Origin: Verrucomicrobiales bacterium
Lineage (GTDB): Bacteria; Verrucomicrobiota; Verrucomicrobiia; Verrucomicrobiales; V1-33
Assembly: GCA_031411295.1 (NCBI GenBank)
Contig: JANOAV010000164.1
Location: 1 to 55,269 of the forward strand
Reading direction: 5' to 3'
Length of the DNA stretch: 55,269 bases
Of this stretch, positions 1-9,423 are shown one piece after another (position 1 is the stretch's first letter; each line of letters begins with the position of its first letter). The notes under the pieces were generated by a model, which was not told where the DNA came from, searched no databases, and saw only the letters and a list, made by a program, of their open reading frames with translations. Position numbers and translations under genes: made by a program.

Positions 1-4
1 CAAA

Positions 5-3000
5 TTGGACAACAAAAACTATGCTAATCTCAGCATCGTGGACAGCACCGCATTCTTTAGTCCGGTGCTGGCCCTGACCGTCGGAGGACAAGCTGCGGTT
101 GGCGTGGATGGCGATGATGCCGACACCGACAGCACGATCGACTTCGGACTCTGGCAACGCATGAGTTTGGGGAACTTGGTGTTCAACGACAGCAACAACG
201 ACGGCTCTGCGGCTTCTGAGGCCGGGATTGGCAGTGTGACGCTTGAGTTGTTCAAATCCACCGATGCGACGGTGGGCAACGGTGATGATGTTTCCCAAGC
301 CACCACCACATCCACGGCGGGCACCGGGGCGTATGGCTTTGCTGGCCTGCTCCCAGGAAATTATTTCCTCAAAGTTACCCCCACCGTCACCTACCAACTG
401 AAGTCTGGCGTGAACGGTTCAGACAACGGGGTGGACAATGACAACAACGGCGTCACACAAGCTTCCCAAGGCCAGCCAATCTACACGCACATGATCACGC
501 TGACTGCATTGGGCGAAACTGGCAGCGGCAATGTGGAGAACACCATCGACATCGGTTTGCGCGCTTGTCCTGCCATCGTCATCACTCCAGCGAGCTTGGC
601 AACGGGCACCCAATGGTTCCCCTATTCACAAACGATCACTGGCAGCGGTGGCACGGGCACCATTTCCCTCGCCATCACATCCGGTTCGTTGCCATCGGGA
701 CTAACCTGGAGCGGTGGCAGCGGCACGGCTACCATTTCCGGCACGCCGCTGGTGACGGGAAGTTTCCCAATCACGGTCACAGGCACCGATCCCACGCTGT
801 GCACGGCCAGCATCAATTACACCATCACGGTCAATGCATGCGGCGCGATTACGATCAATCCGGCCAGTAGTCTCACCGCCACGCTGGGCAGTCCTCATAC
901 CACGAATTTCAATGCTGCGGGAGGCGCGGCACCATACACCTGGACCATGCTGCCAGCACCCCTGAGCGGGCTGGTGAGTTGGTATCCTGGGGAGAACTCC
1001 TCCATGGATTTCGCAGGAACGAATCATGGGGTGCAAAACAATGGGGTAACGTTTGCGGCGGGTAAACTCGGTAACGCGTTCGGTTTCGATGGTGCCAGCA
1101 CGAACCTTTCCATCGCTGACAATGTGACGTTGAAACCGGCCAACATCACGCTGGAAGCCTGGGTCAATCCTTCGGCCGCGCAATCTGCCAACGCTTCCGT
1201 CTTCATGAAGACCACTTCCTCAGCGATGACGGACGGTTATGGACTCGGCTATGTTTCGGCCACACAATTCGGCTTCTGGGTCAACAGCACGGCTGCTGGC
1301 AGTCGCGTCGTCACCAGTTCAGCACTGGCCACGGGATCATGGCACCATGTGGTGGGAACCTACGATGGTAACACGATTCGGCTATATGTTAATGGCGCGC
1401 AAGTCGGCACGGGCACGGCTTACAGCACCGCCATCACGCACAGCGCGCAGCCGCTGGTCATCGGCCGGGCTGCGGGCGGGAACACGTGGTTGGGCCAGAT
1501 TGATGAGGCTGCGATTTATAATCGGGCCCTCACCGGGGCGGAAGTGACGACGCGTTTTAACAGCGGGAATGTTATTTCCTCAGTCCTGCCGACTGGTATC
1601 TCTTGGAACGCAGGATCACCTGCCATCAGCGGAACTCCCGTGGCTCCAGCTCCGGCGGGGACGTATCTCTTCACCGTTCTGGCTAAAGACTCCGGCAACT
1701 GCCTGGGCCGGAGAGATTATTCGCTAGCGCTGAGCTGTCCCAGCATCAGTATCGCTGGCACGTTGGGAACGCCGTATCGTGGGGTGAATTTCACCACCAG
1801 CAACACCCTGACCGCCAGCGCTGGAACCGGCAACTACACGTGGAACGTCAGCGGATTGCCGGCTGGGTTAACCTACAGCGGCGGCGGCACCAACAATGCC
1901 ACGCTCACGATTACCGGCACCACCAATGCCGCGACCGGAAACTACCCGCTCACGGTCACCGTGACCGATGGCAGTGGCTGCCAAGGCACGCTGAATCCGA
2001 CGCTGGTGCTCAAGGGCCTCGGCCTTGGTTCGCTGGTCTATGAGGATCGGAATTTCAATGGAGTATATGATGTTGGCACGGATGTGGTCATCACTGGGGC
2101 CACCGTCACGCTGTATGCTGATACTGGCAGCGCAGGAATCGATGGTGCGGACCTCCTCGTGAGCCAAGCCGGAGTGACCGCCACGACGATTACCAACGGG
2201 GTCGGGGTTTACAGCTTTACTGGTTTGGCACCGGGTAGTTATTTCGTGAAGATCAAGCCAGCCAGTGGCACCTGGTATGTCGGCGGCAGCCCGATCAGCA
2301 CCAATCCATTGGTGGGTTCGAAGCTTGACAACAAAAACTATGGCAACACCAATGCAGTGGATAACACCGCGTTCTTCAGTCCGGTGCTCGCGCTCACGGT
2401 GGGTGGTCAAGCCGCCAGTGGCGTTGATGGCGATGATGCCGATACGGATTCGACCATCGACTTCGGTCTCTGGCAACGCATGAGCCTGGGGAATTTGGTG
2501 TTCAATGACACTGACAACAACGGCAGTCTCAATGGCGTGGAAACCGGGATTAATGCAGTCACGGTGGAGTTGTTCAAATCCACCGACACTGTGGTGGGCA
2601 ATGGCGATGATGTTTCCCAAGGCACCACGACAACCTCTACGATCAGCACGGTGGCTGGCACCTATGGGTTCAGCGGTATGCTCCCAGGGAACTACTTCCT
2701 GAAGATTACCCCCACGGCCACCTACCAACTGAAGTCCAGTGGCGTTGGCACGGACAACGGTGTTAACAATGATAACAACGGCGTCACGCAAGCTTCGCAA
2801 GGTCAGCCCATCTACACACACATGATCACCATGACTGCCAATAGCGAGCCTGGGGTCACGGTTGGCGGGGGCAATGCGGAAAACACGATCGACATCGGGT
2901 TGCGCCCCTGTGACTCGATTACTGTGCTCCCTGCGGTCTTGGCCACGGCCGTTTACCCTAGCCCCTACACGCAGACGTTTACGGCCAGCGGCAGCACGGC

Positions 3001-6000
3001 CACGCCTTATACGTTCACGGTTTCAGCTGGTGCGCTCCCGACTTGGGCTACCTTGAACCCCACCACGGGAGTATTGAGTGGGACGCCGAATTCAACCGCT
3101 TCGGCCAGCTTTACGATCCGGGCCACGGACACGCTGCTCTGTTTTGGAGAACGTGCCTACACGCTCACTCCGGTCGATTGCTTTGTGGTGACGAATACCA
3201 ACAACAGCGGACTCGGCTCGCTGCGGGATGCGATCAACTGTGCCAACGCCCGGCCCGGAGCAGATACAATTTCGTTCAACATACCCGCAGGATTACTCAC
3301 TGGAGGTGTTGGTATTATTGCCCCGCTGACATCCCTGCCGATGATCACTGACCAAGTCACGATTGACGGGACGACGCAGACGACTTTCGGCGGCAACACC
3401 AACAGCGTCATGCTGGGGACGGGCGGGACTGTCGGGGTCGATGGTCTCACGCTCTCCCAGGTCCCCGGCCCTGAAATCGAAATCAGGGGCAACGGAGATG
3501 GCACCACCATTCGCGAAGGTTTAATGTTCAATGCCGCAAATTGCACCGTGCGAGGGATCGCCATTCACGGCTTTGGTTGGACTAATGATCAGCAGCGTGG
3601 CGACATCACCTTTGCCGCCGCAGGCGGCCTGGTTGATCAGTGTGTCGTCGGCACCACCGCAACTTCGTTTGCCCTGCCCGCGGTTGGGGGTCGTTCCATG
3701 GACAACGGGATCACCTTGTTCTTCCAAGGCACGATTCAGAACACTTTGGTGGGTTTTACAGACGATCATGGTATCATGCTCATTGGAGCCAGTAACAGCG
3801 TTGTGACTAATTGCGAAGTCAGAGCTTGCGGACGAATCAACGTCGGTCGCCCGAACATCAGCATTCGCACCTTCGACGGCACCACCTCCATCAGTAACGT
3901 CTCCATCACTGGCAACCTCCTCACCGCCCATCCGAACTGGGCGGGAGCGGACACTTACAGTGATGGACCGTCCAGCAACGTCACCTTCCTCAACAATACA
4001 ATTTCCAACAACTACATCGGGCTGAGTATCGGCAACGTGAAGGCCACATCCAACGTCAGTCAATTCACATTGGATCGCAACATCATCACTGGAAACGGCC
4101 CGACCGGAGCCATCTGGGGTATCTCCAACAGCGTCACTAACAATGCGCCGCAAAGGATCACACTGACGAAGAACAGTATCTACAACAATACCGGTCCGTC
4201 CCTGGATTACCTCTTCGACTGGACCACCGCAGGCATCACGCCAAACAATGGCACCAAGAATGCCAACTTGTTCAACAGTGACATGGACTATCCAGTGATC
4301 ACTGGCGTCTCCTTAAGTGGCAGCAACCTCACAGTCACGGGATACATTGGCAATCTCACCGCAGGCACCGCTGCCTTTGCTGGTGCCACGGTGGAAATTT
4401 TTGCCGCCGACAACAGCCCGGCCGACCAAGATGGGGAAGTGCATCAGGGTGATTTGTTAAGCGTCTCCCACGGGGAAGGCCGGCTCTATTTGGGCACCCT
4501 AACGGCTGATGGTTCCAGCCTGTTTACGGGAAGCTTGACTCTCACCGCCCCGCAGTTGGCCGCGTGGACCGCCTTCCTAGGCTCCGCTCCCACCTCCGCC
4601 AGCTTAGTGACGGGCACGGCCACGGATGCCACCGGGAATACTTCCGAGTTTGGTCCGATTTCATTCCCGGTCGATTTCGGTGACTGGGCTCATGCCACCA
4701 ATCCCTCAGGCGCGGCCACGACCACCACCAAGAGTTTGGTTAATAGCAATATTCGCCTCGGTGCGACGGTGGATTCCGAGCACAGCGTGGTGCCCAACGT
4801 CACGGCCACCGCCGACGGTGCGGACGAAGATGGAGCCACCGTCCCTGCGAGCATCACGCAGGGTGCCAGCGCGACCATCACCGTCACCGTCAACAATACT
4901 TCGGGTAGTCCAGCCTATTTGAACGCCTGGATCGACTTCAACAACGATGGTGTCTTCAATGATACTGTCTTCAATCAATCCACCGCTCCGACCGGTGAGC
5001 GCCTGGAACTGGCCCGACTCATTGCCAGCGGCACCACCACGGCCACCCCGCAAGTAATCACCTTCACTGTGCCCAACGCAGCCAGCGCCGGGGCTCAGCG
5101 AGGAGTTCGTTTCCGCCTGACAAACGTAGCGGCCACTGCTCCCACTGGCAACGTTGGCACCGGTGAAGTAGAAGATTACATCGTGACCATTAATACCGCC
5201 ATGAGTATTGGTAATCTGGTGTGGAATGATACGAACGGGAATGGTCTCTTTGATGGCGCGGAAATCGGAATTGGTGGGGTGCAAGTGGACCTCTATACCT
5301 CCGTTGATGCCGTGGCCGGAAATGGTGATGATGTCTTTGTCGTCACGACGACGACGAATTCCAGCGGGATCTACACCTTCACCAATCAACCCCCGGGCCA
5401 ATACGTGATCAGAATCACTCCGCCCAGTGCCTTCCCGCTTACCAGTGGCCCAGTCGTGACGACGGATAACCAACTTAACAACGATAACAATGGCAGCCAA
5501 GTTGGTCTGCAAGGCACGCTCATTTACAGCCCCGTCATTACCTTGGCGGCTGGCACCGAGTCGATGACGGATGGGGATGGCGATCCCAACACGGACCTCA
5601 GCGTTGACTTCGCACTCAAGGCTTGCGGGGTCATTGCCATCGCGCCCCCCACACTTCCATCCGGCAATGTGGACTCAGCTTATGCCCAAAATCTCACGGC
5701 CAGCGGCGGAAATGGCAGTTACTTCTTCTCGCAGATTGGTGGCACGATGGCCCCCGGTCTGGGACTGAATTCCTCGGGCCTCGTCTCCGGGATCCCTACG
5801 AGTGCAGGCACCTTCACCTTCACGGCCCAAGCCGTCGATACCCTGGGCTGTATCGGCAGCCAAGCCATCGCCGTCACCATCCGCGCGCTGCCAGTCATTT
5901 GCTGTCTGGCCAAAGATGAACTTGGTCGTTACTACGTGGGGGGAAGCTTCTACGAAGTAAACGGAGTGGCGCGCACGAACTTGGCCCGCTTGAATCGCGA

Positions 6001-6688
6001 TGGCTCCGTGGACTCCACCTTCACCCCTGCCGCGCCTAACGGCACCGTCTATTCGTTATCCTACCGCAGCGGCACCTTGTATGTTGGTGGTGGTTTCACA
6101 ACCTGGGGCGGCAGCGCGCAGAACCTGCTGGTAAAACTGGATTACAATGGCACCCGCGATACCAACTTCGCTGGCAACATCCTTTCCGGGAACTCGGGCG
6201 ATGCCGTCTATGCCATCTCCGATAACGGATTCTACGTTTCCGGTAAATTCAGCGGCACCCGCAACGGAGTGGCTGCGCTGGATCCATCCACCAGCGCGCT
6301 GGTCACCGCATTCAATCCCGCTGGACCTGGGGCAGGTTCCATTGTGTATGACCTCCTCTACGATGGCACCCGCGTCGTGACCGTGGGTGATTTCACCGAC
6401 TTCAACGGAACCAGCCGCCGCGGCATCACTGCGCTGAGCATCACAGGGGCCACCGATGCCAATTGGCCTCTGGCCGCCGTCGCGAACAACACCGCGCGCA
6501 CCCTGATGCAAGTGCCGACACTGACGGATCTCATTGCCGCCGGTGATTTCTCCAACTTCAACGCAGCCTCCGGTCTAAAAGGCACGGCCCGCTTCAGCAA
6601 CACCACCGGAGCCGCCACGGCCGGCTATGGAGTCGGCGGAGCCATCCCGCTAACCGTAAACAAGATCAACAAAGCGAAAGCTCCTTGA
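5..6688 (+). CDS. Giant repetitive surface/adhesin-like protein, 5'-truncated by the window (SdrD B-like, Ig-like, LamG, beta-helix, GEVED, delta-60 repeats)
   Basis: ORF is open from the window edge. Motifs: repeated 'SLGNLVFND...Y.F.GL.PG.YFLK' (SdrD-B), 'G.LP.GL' Ig repeats, 'WHHVVGTYDG...GQIDEAAIYNRAL' (LamG), 'GEVEDY', 'VGGSF...NLARLNRDGSVDSTF' (delta-60). Confidence 0.85.
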   Translation: MDNKNYANLSIVDSTAFFSPVLALTVGGQAAVGVDGDDADTDSTIDFGLWQRMSLGNLVFNDSNNDGSAASEAGIGSVTLELFKSTDATVGNGDDVSQATTTSTAGTGAYGFAGLLPGNYFLKVTPTVTYQLKSGVNGSDNGVDNDNNGVTQASQGQPIYTHMITLTALGETGSGNVENTIDIGLRACPAIVITPASLATGTQWFPYSQTITGSGGTGTISLAITSGSLPSGLTWSGGSGTATISGTPLVTGSFPITVTGTDPTLCTASINYTITVNACGAITINPASSLTATLGSPHTTNFNAAGGAAPYTWTMLPAPLSGLVSWYPGENSSMDFAGTNHGVQNNGVTFAAGKLGNAFGFDGASTNLSIADNVTLKPANITLEAWVNPSAAQSANASVFMKTTSSAMTDGYGLGYVSATQFGFWVNSTAAGSRVVTSSALATGSWHHVVGTYDGNTIRLYVNGAQVGTGTAYSTAITHSAQPLVIGRAAGGNTWLGQIDEAAIYNRALTGAEVTTRFNSGNVISSVLPTGISWNAGSPAISGTPVAPAPAGTYLFTVLAKDSGNCLGRRDYSLALSCPSISIAGTLGTPYRGVNFTTSNTLTASAGTGNYTWNVSGLPAGLTYSGGGTNNATLTITGTTNAATGNYPLTVTVTDGSGCQGTLNPTLVLKGLGLGSLVYEDRNFNGVYDVGTDVVITGATVTLYADTGSAGIDGADLLVSQAGVTATTITNGVGVYSFTGLAPGSYFVKIKPASGTWYVGGSPISTNPLVGSKLDNKNYGNTNAVDNTAFFSPVLALTVGGQAASGVDGDDADTDSTIDFGLWQRMSLGNLVFNDTDNNGSLNGVETGINAVTVELFKSTDTVVGNGDDVSQGTTTTSTISTVAGTYGFSGMLPGNYFLKITPTATYQLKSSGVGTDNGVNNDNNGVTQASQGQPIYTHMITMTANSEPGVTVGGGNAENTIDIGLRPCDSITVLPAVLATAVYPSPYTQTFTASGSTATPYTFTVSAGALPTWATLNPTTGVLSGTPNSTASASFTIRATDTLLCFGERAYTLTPVDCFVVTNTNNSGLGSLRDAINCANARPGADTISFNIPAGLLTGGVGIIAPLTSLPMITDQVTIDGTTQTTFGGNTNSVMLGTGGTVGVDGLTLSQVPGPEIEIRGNGDGTTIREGLMFNAANCTVRGIAIHGFGWTNDQQRGDITFAAAGGLVDQCVVGTTATSFALPAVGGRSMDNGITLFFQGTIQNTLVGFTDDHGIMLIGASNSVVTNCEVRACGRINVGRPNISIRTFDGTTSISNVSITGNLLTAHPNWAGADTYSDGPSSNVTFLNNTISNNYIGLSIGNVKATSNVSQFTLDRNIITGNGPTGAIWGISNSVTNNAPQRITLTKNSIYNNTGPSLDYLFDWTTAGITPNNGTKNANLFNSDMDYPVITGVSLSGSNLTVTGYIGNLTAGTAAFAGATVEIFAADNSPADQDGEVHQGDLLSVSHGEGRLYLGTLTADGSSLFTGSLTLTAPQLAAWTAFLGSAPTSASLVTGTATDATGNTSEFGPISFPVDFGDWAHATNPSGAATTTTKSLVNSNIRLGATVDSEHSVVPNVTATADGADEDGATVPASITQGASATITVTVNNTSGSPAYLNAWIDFNNDGVFNDTVFNQSTAPTGERLELARLIASGTTTATPQVITFTVPNAASAGAQRGVRFRLTNVAATAPTGNVGTGEVEDYIVTINTAMSIGNLVWNDTNGNGLFDGAEIGIGGVQVDLYTSVDAVAGNGDDVFVVTTTTNSSGIYTFTNQPPGQYVIRITPPSAFPLTSGPVVTTDNQLNNDNNGSQVGLQGTLIYSPVITLAAGTESMTDGDGDPNTDLSVDFALKACGVIAIAPPTLPSGNVDSAYAQNLTASGGNGSYFFSQIGGTMAPGLGLNSSGLVSGIPTSAGTFTFTAQAVDTLGCIGSQAIAVTIRALPVICCLAKDELGRYYVGGSFYEVNGVARTNLARLNRDGSVDSTFTPAAPNGTVYSLSYRSGTLYVGGGFTTWGGSAQNLLVKLDYNGTRDTNFAGNILSGNSGDAVYAISDNGFYVSGKFSGTRNGVAALDPSTSALVTAFNPAGPGAGSIVYDLLYDGTRVVTVGDFTDFNGTSRRGITALSITGATDANWPLAAVANNTARTLMQVPTLTDLIAAGDFSNFNAASGLKGTARFSNTTGAATAGYGVGGAIPLTVNKINKAKAP
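8..2905 (+). repeat. Intragenic duplication of an SdrD-B module (about 8-562 and 2327-2905)
   Basis: Near-identical peptide DNKNY...DTDSTIDFGLWQRMSLGNLVFND...ENTIDIGLR occurs twice; the DNA is similar with synonymous differences. Confidence 0.85.
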
Positions 6689-6717
6689 CATTTAATATGG
6701 TAAATACAATATTTACC
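6685..6717 (+). promoter_or_regulatory. TTGACA followed by the AT-rich palindrome GGTAAATA-caa-TATTTACC (possible operator)
   Basis: TTGACA at 6685-6690 and a perfect 8-bp inverted repeat at 6699-6717, just upstream of ATG 6732. No -10 box at ideal spacing. Confidence 0.35.
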
Positions 6718-6731
6718 GAAATTTATCAATT

Positions 6732-7745
6732 ATGACCGACCAACCGACCAATCTTCTCCACTTCGACTGCGGCCACTGTGCCACCGTGCTCACCGTGCCC
6801 CAAAGCATGGCGGGAGTCACTGGCCCCTGTCCCAGTTGCTCCAATCCCGTTACCGCACCTAGCGCACAACCCGTTTCACCCTCATCGGCTCCCGCTCTGG
6901 TTACGGCCCCAGAGGCGGCTGCGAGCACCTCCACGGTCAGGGCCAGAGTGCGCTCACGACGTCCGCTAGCCTATGCTGGACTCTGTGCCGCCGTAGCCGG
7001 GGTTGCCTGGTCTGCTTGGCATTTTCGTGCGCAGCAAGGCTCCGATTTGGCTCTCACTCCTGCAGCGAGTAATTCGGCCGCATCCGTGGCGCCTGCGCCA
7101 GCAGATCCCAGAGTAGCCGCGCTGGCCCGCAGCACGGAAGCCGTTAAGAAATTCTTGGCCACCAGCGAGTGGAGCGTCGCCCGATCCATGATTGCCACCC
7201 AGGATACACCTGGCGAGGCTCCGTCCCCAGCCTATCTCCCAGGCCGATTCCAGCCGCTGGTTACCGATGGGAAATTTAACCCCGTTTCCGTCGCCACCAA
7301 AGAGAACGCTGGGCAATATCAGGTCGTCTGGGAAATTGAGAATCCGCGCGACGCGGAGAAGTTGGTGATGACCGCAGACGACACCTCCGATGGTGTCCGC
7401 ATTCGGTGGTATCAGCCACCCTACTTCATCGCCAGTCAGCAGGGCACCAATGCCAGCGCTGCCACCCAAGCCATCGCGCAAGTAACTCCACCGCCCGCCG
7501 CCGCTCCTCCAATCGACCCAGCACAACAACCGACTACCGCTCCCGCAGCTGCACCCGAGCCCAGCCCCGCCGCCCAGCCAACGGAAAAGGAAACCATCCT
7601 GGCCGCCATCGACGTCCCCCCAGCCCCCAGCAACGGCTCTGCGCCATTGAACAACGCCGCCGCCAAATCAAAGCCCACCACCAAAGGCACCGCTTCCACG
7701 AACACTCCCAAGACGCAGCCGAAGCCGACGTCAGCACCCCAGTGA
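6732..7745 (+). CDS. Hypothetical membrane-anchored protein with N-terminal Zn-ribbon and Pro/Ala-rich tail
   Basis: CGHC...CPSC, a hydrophobic segment LAYAGLCAAVAGVAW, and a low-complexity C-terminus. Confidence 0.7.
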   Translation: MTDQPTNLLHFDCGHCATVLTVPQSMAGVTGPCPSCSNPVTAPSAQPVSPSSAPALVTAPEAAASTSTVRARVRSRRPLAYAGLCAAVAGVAWSAWHFRAQQGSDLALTPAASNSAASVAPAPADPRVAALARSTEAVKKFLATSEWSVARSMIATQDTPGEAPSPAYLPGRFQPLVTDGKFNPVSVATKENAGQYQVVWEIENPRDAEKLVMTADDTSDGVRIRWYQPPYFIASQQGTNASAATQAIAQVTPPPAAAPPIDPAQQPTTAPAAAPEPSPAAQPTEKETILAAIDVPPAPSNGSAPLNNAAAKSKPTTKGTASTNTPKTQPKPTSAPQ

Positions 7746-7833
7746 GATCGAGTTGGGAAGGAGAGCGAGATCCCACCAGCTTCCGGTGCTCGCCCACTGC
7801 TTATCCAAACTCGCGCCTGCCTAAGCCTAATTC

Positions 7834-7903
7834 GAGCGAATGTGGAAGCAGTCCGCTGGACTGCTTTAAAAAGGGAAAGCCCGTCAAGTGGACTGCTCCA
7901 CAT
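7834..7903. repeat. REP-like element family A, copy 1
   Basis: GAGCGAATGTGGAAGCAGTCCGCTGGACTGCT...TCAAGTGGACTGCTCCACAT, with internal hairpin GCAGTCC-gct-GGACTGC. Second copy at 12558-12626. Confidence 0.8.
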
Positions 7904-7936
7904 GCTACCGATTCCTAAATGTTACTGGTCTTAGTC

Positions 7937-7992
7937 GTTCGTTGGATGTTCGTTGGGTTTTTCGTTGGGTGTTCGTTGGGTGTTCGTTGGGT
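7937..7992 (+). repeat. Short tandem repeat, five copies of about 11 nt (GTTCGTTGGGT)
   Basis: TTCGTTGG[G/A]T x5 read directly from the sequence. Confidence 0.85.
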
Positions 7993-7994
7993 TC

Positions 7995-8558
7995 GACCGC
8001 GTTAGCGGTCAAGGACATTAGCCGTGGGCTTCAGCCCACGGTTGAGCACAGAGCCTAGCATGTCGCGTAGCGACATCGGAACTCAGCATCAAGAGAGGGC
8101 GCAGTGCGCGGTGGGTTCCACTGTCGCGACGCGACACGCTATCCTGCCGGATGGCCCGTGGGCTGAAGCCGAATGGCGCCTACTTAAGGCCCAAAACCTT
8201 GTGGTATCAGCTTTGCCGAGGTTTGGCTAGCAGCACAACCGACTTGGCCCCGCCACAAAGCTGCTCGCAAAGTAGCCGTCATCGCTCCGCGTGACGGCAG
8301 GCGTTCGCGTGCGCATTCGGGTTCGGAGCTAGTCTGCCTAGCGCAGGACGGCGTTGGCATCAACGGCGCATGGCAGGGCCGCTGGCGTATGGTGATTCGT
8401 AGCGGTGGCAAGATGGGGAAATCGCGCTGGTCATCACGCGGAGCGATGATGACTACTTTAAGGGACCGTAGTCATGGGCTTCAGCCCGTCGAACCCTCCC
8501 CGTGAATCAGACATCTGAATCACCCGGACATGCCTGCGGGCTAAAGCCCATGACTACG
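7995..8558. repeat. Cluster of REP/REPIN-like inverted repeat pairs
   Basis: Pairs at 8022-8041/8155-8170 (CCGTGGGCTTCAGCCCACGG), 8269-8297/8431-8459 (AAAGTAGCCGTCATCGCTCCGCGTGA) and 8467-8488/8537-8558 (CGTAGTCATGGGCTT[C/T]AGCCCG), plus TGTCGCGTAGCGACA-type hairpins. Confidence 0.8.
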
Positions 8559-8569
8559 CAAACCCACCG

Positions 8570-9370
8570 TCAACCCTGCACCCGTTGCTCCAGCAACGTG
8601 CATAACTCAATCACCGTCCGTGGTTCCAACACCGGAGGCAGTTGCGATAGCTTCTCGCACAGCGACGTTTCGTTTAGCACCCACACGGAGACCTCATCCG
8701 CTGGGATTGCGGGCCCCTCGGCTTCCTTGATTGTCCAGGTTGGAAAGACGACCACGGGCTGGATGGACACCGTATCCAATCCGGCCTCGGCCAACAACGC
8801 ATAGGCGCTCATCGTCATGTATCGCGCCTGCTCACAGGGATTTCCCGGCACTGGATGCCCGCGGACCAACAGTGTTTCCGGAGGGGTGAATTCGATGGCT
8901 TCAAATAACCCTCCGGTGCGACTGGGATAACGCACGAACAGACAAAACACCCCGGCCCGACTCACCACCAAAGTCGCGATGCGTCGGTTCTGAGGAGCGA
9001 CTACCTGATTGAAAACATAGCAACCCTGATTGGAAAGCTGGGTCAGGATTTTGGTAAATTGTGCTGCCGCTGCTGCCTCCAATTTGAGGGCCCGTAACTT
9101 TGGCAGCATCATGCTAACGCGGATGCAGGCATAGCCCACAATGGCAATGCCCACCAGTCCGAAGGCCAGCGGATGCGGCTGCCATTTAAAATACCAATGG
9201 GCCCATTCATACGCCACCAACGTGAGCACGAAAACGCTGACCATCATGTATTCCGCAATCTTGCCCAGCAGCATGGCACGCTCCTCCTTCCGTGGATGTT
9301 CATCCAGGAGTGATACTTCAGGCTGGTTCAGAATCGTCCAGTCAGCTTCGTTGGGTAAGAGTGATTTCAA
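8570..9370 (-). CDS. Two-TM protein with a degenerate NERD (nuclease-related) domain
   Basis: Two TM helices, then 'CYVFNQV...IATLVVSRAGVFCLFVR...NPCEQAR...IQPVVVFP', which matches the NERD layout but lacks the D/E/K catalytic residues. Confidence 0.6.
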   Translation of the reverse strand: MKSLLPNEADWTILNQPEVSLLDEHPRKEERAMLLGKIAEYMMVSVFVLTLVAYEWAHWYFKWQPHPLAFGLVGIAIVGYACIRVSMMLPKLRALKLEAAAAAQFTKILTQLSNQGCYVFNQVVAPQNRRIATLVVSRAGVFCLFVRYPSRTGGLFEAIEFTPPETLLVRGHPVPGNPCEQARYMTMSAYALLAEAGLDTVSIQPVVVFPTWTIKEAEGPAIPADEVSVWVLNETSLCEKLSQLPPVLEPRTVIELCTLLEQRVQG

Positions 9371-9423
9371 GCTAACTTACTACCACGATTCTAAGGATTA
9401 GATAGAAAAATTTCTTCGTAAAG

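Noticed and set aside
7937..7992. Possible CRISPR or iteron array
   Set aside because: Abutting 11-mers with no spacers and no replication initiator nearby.
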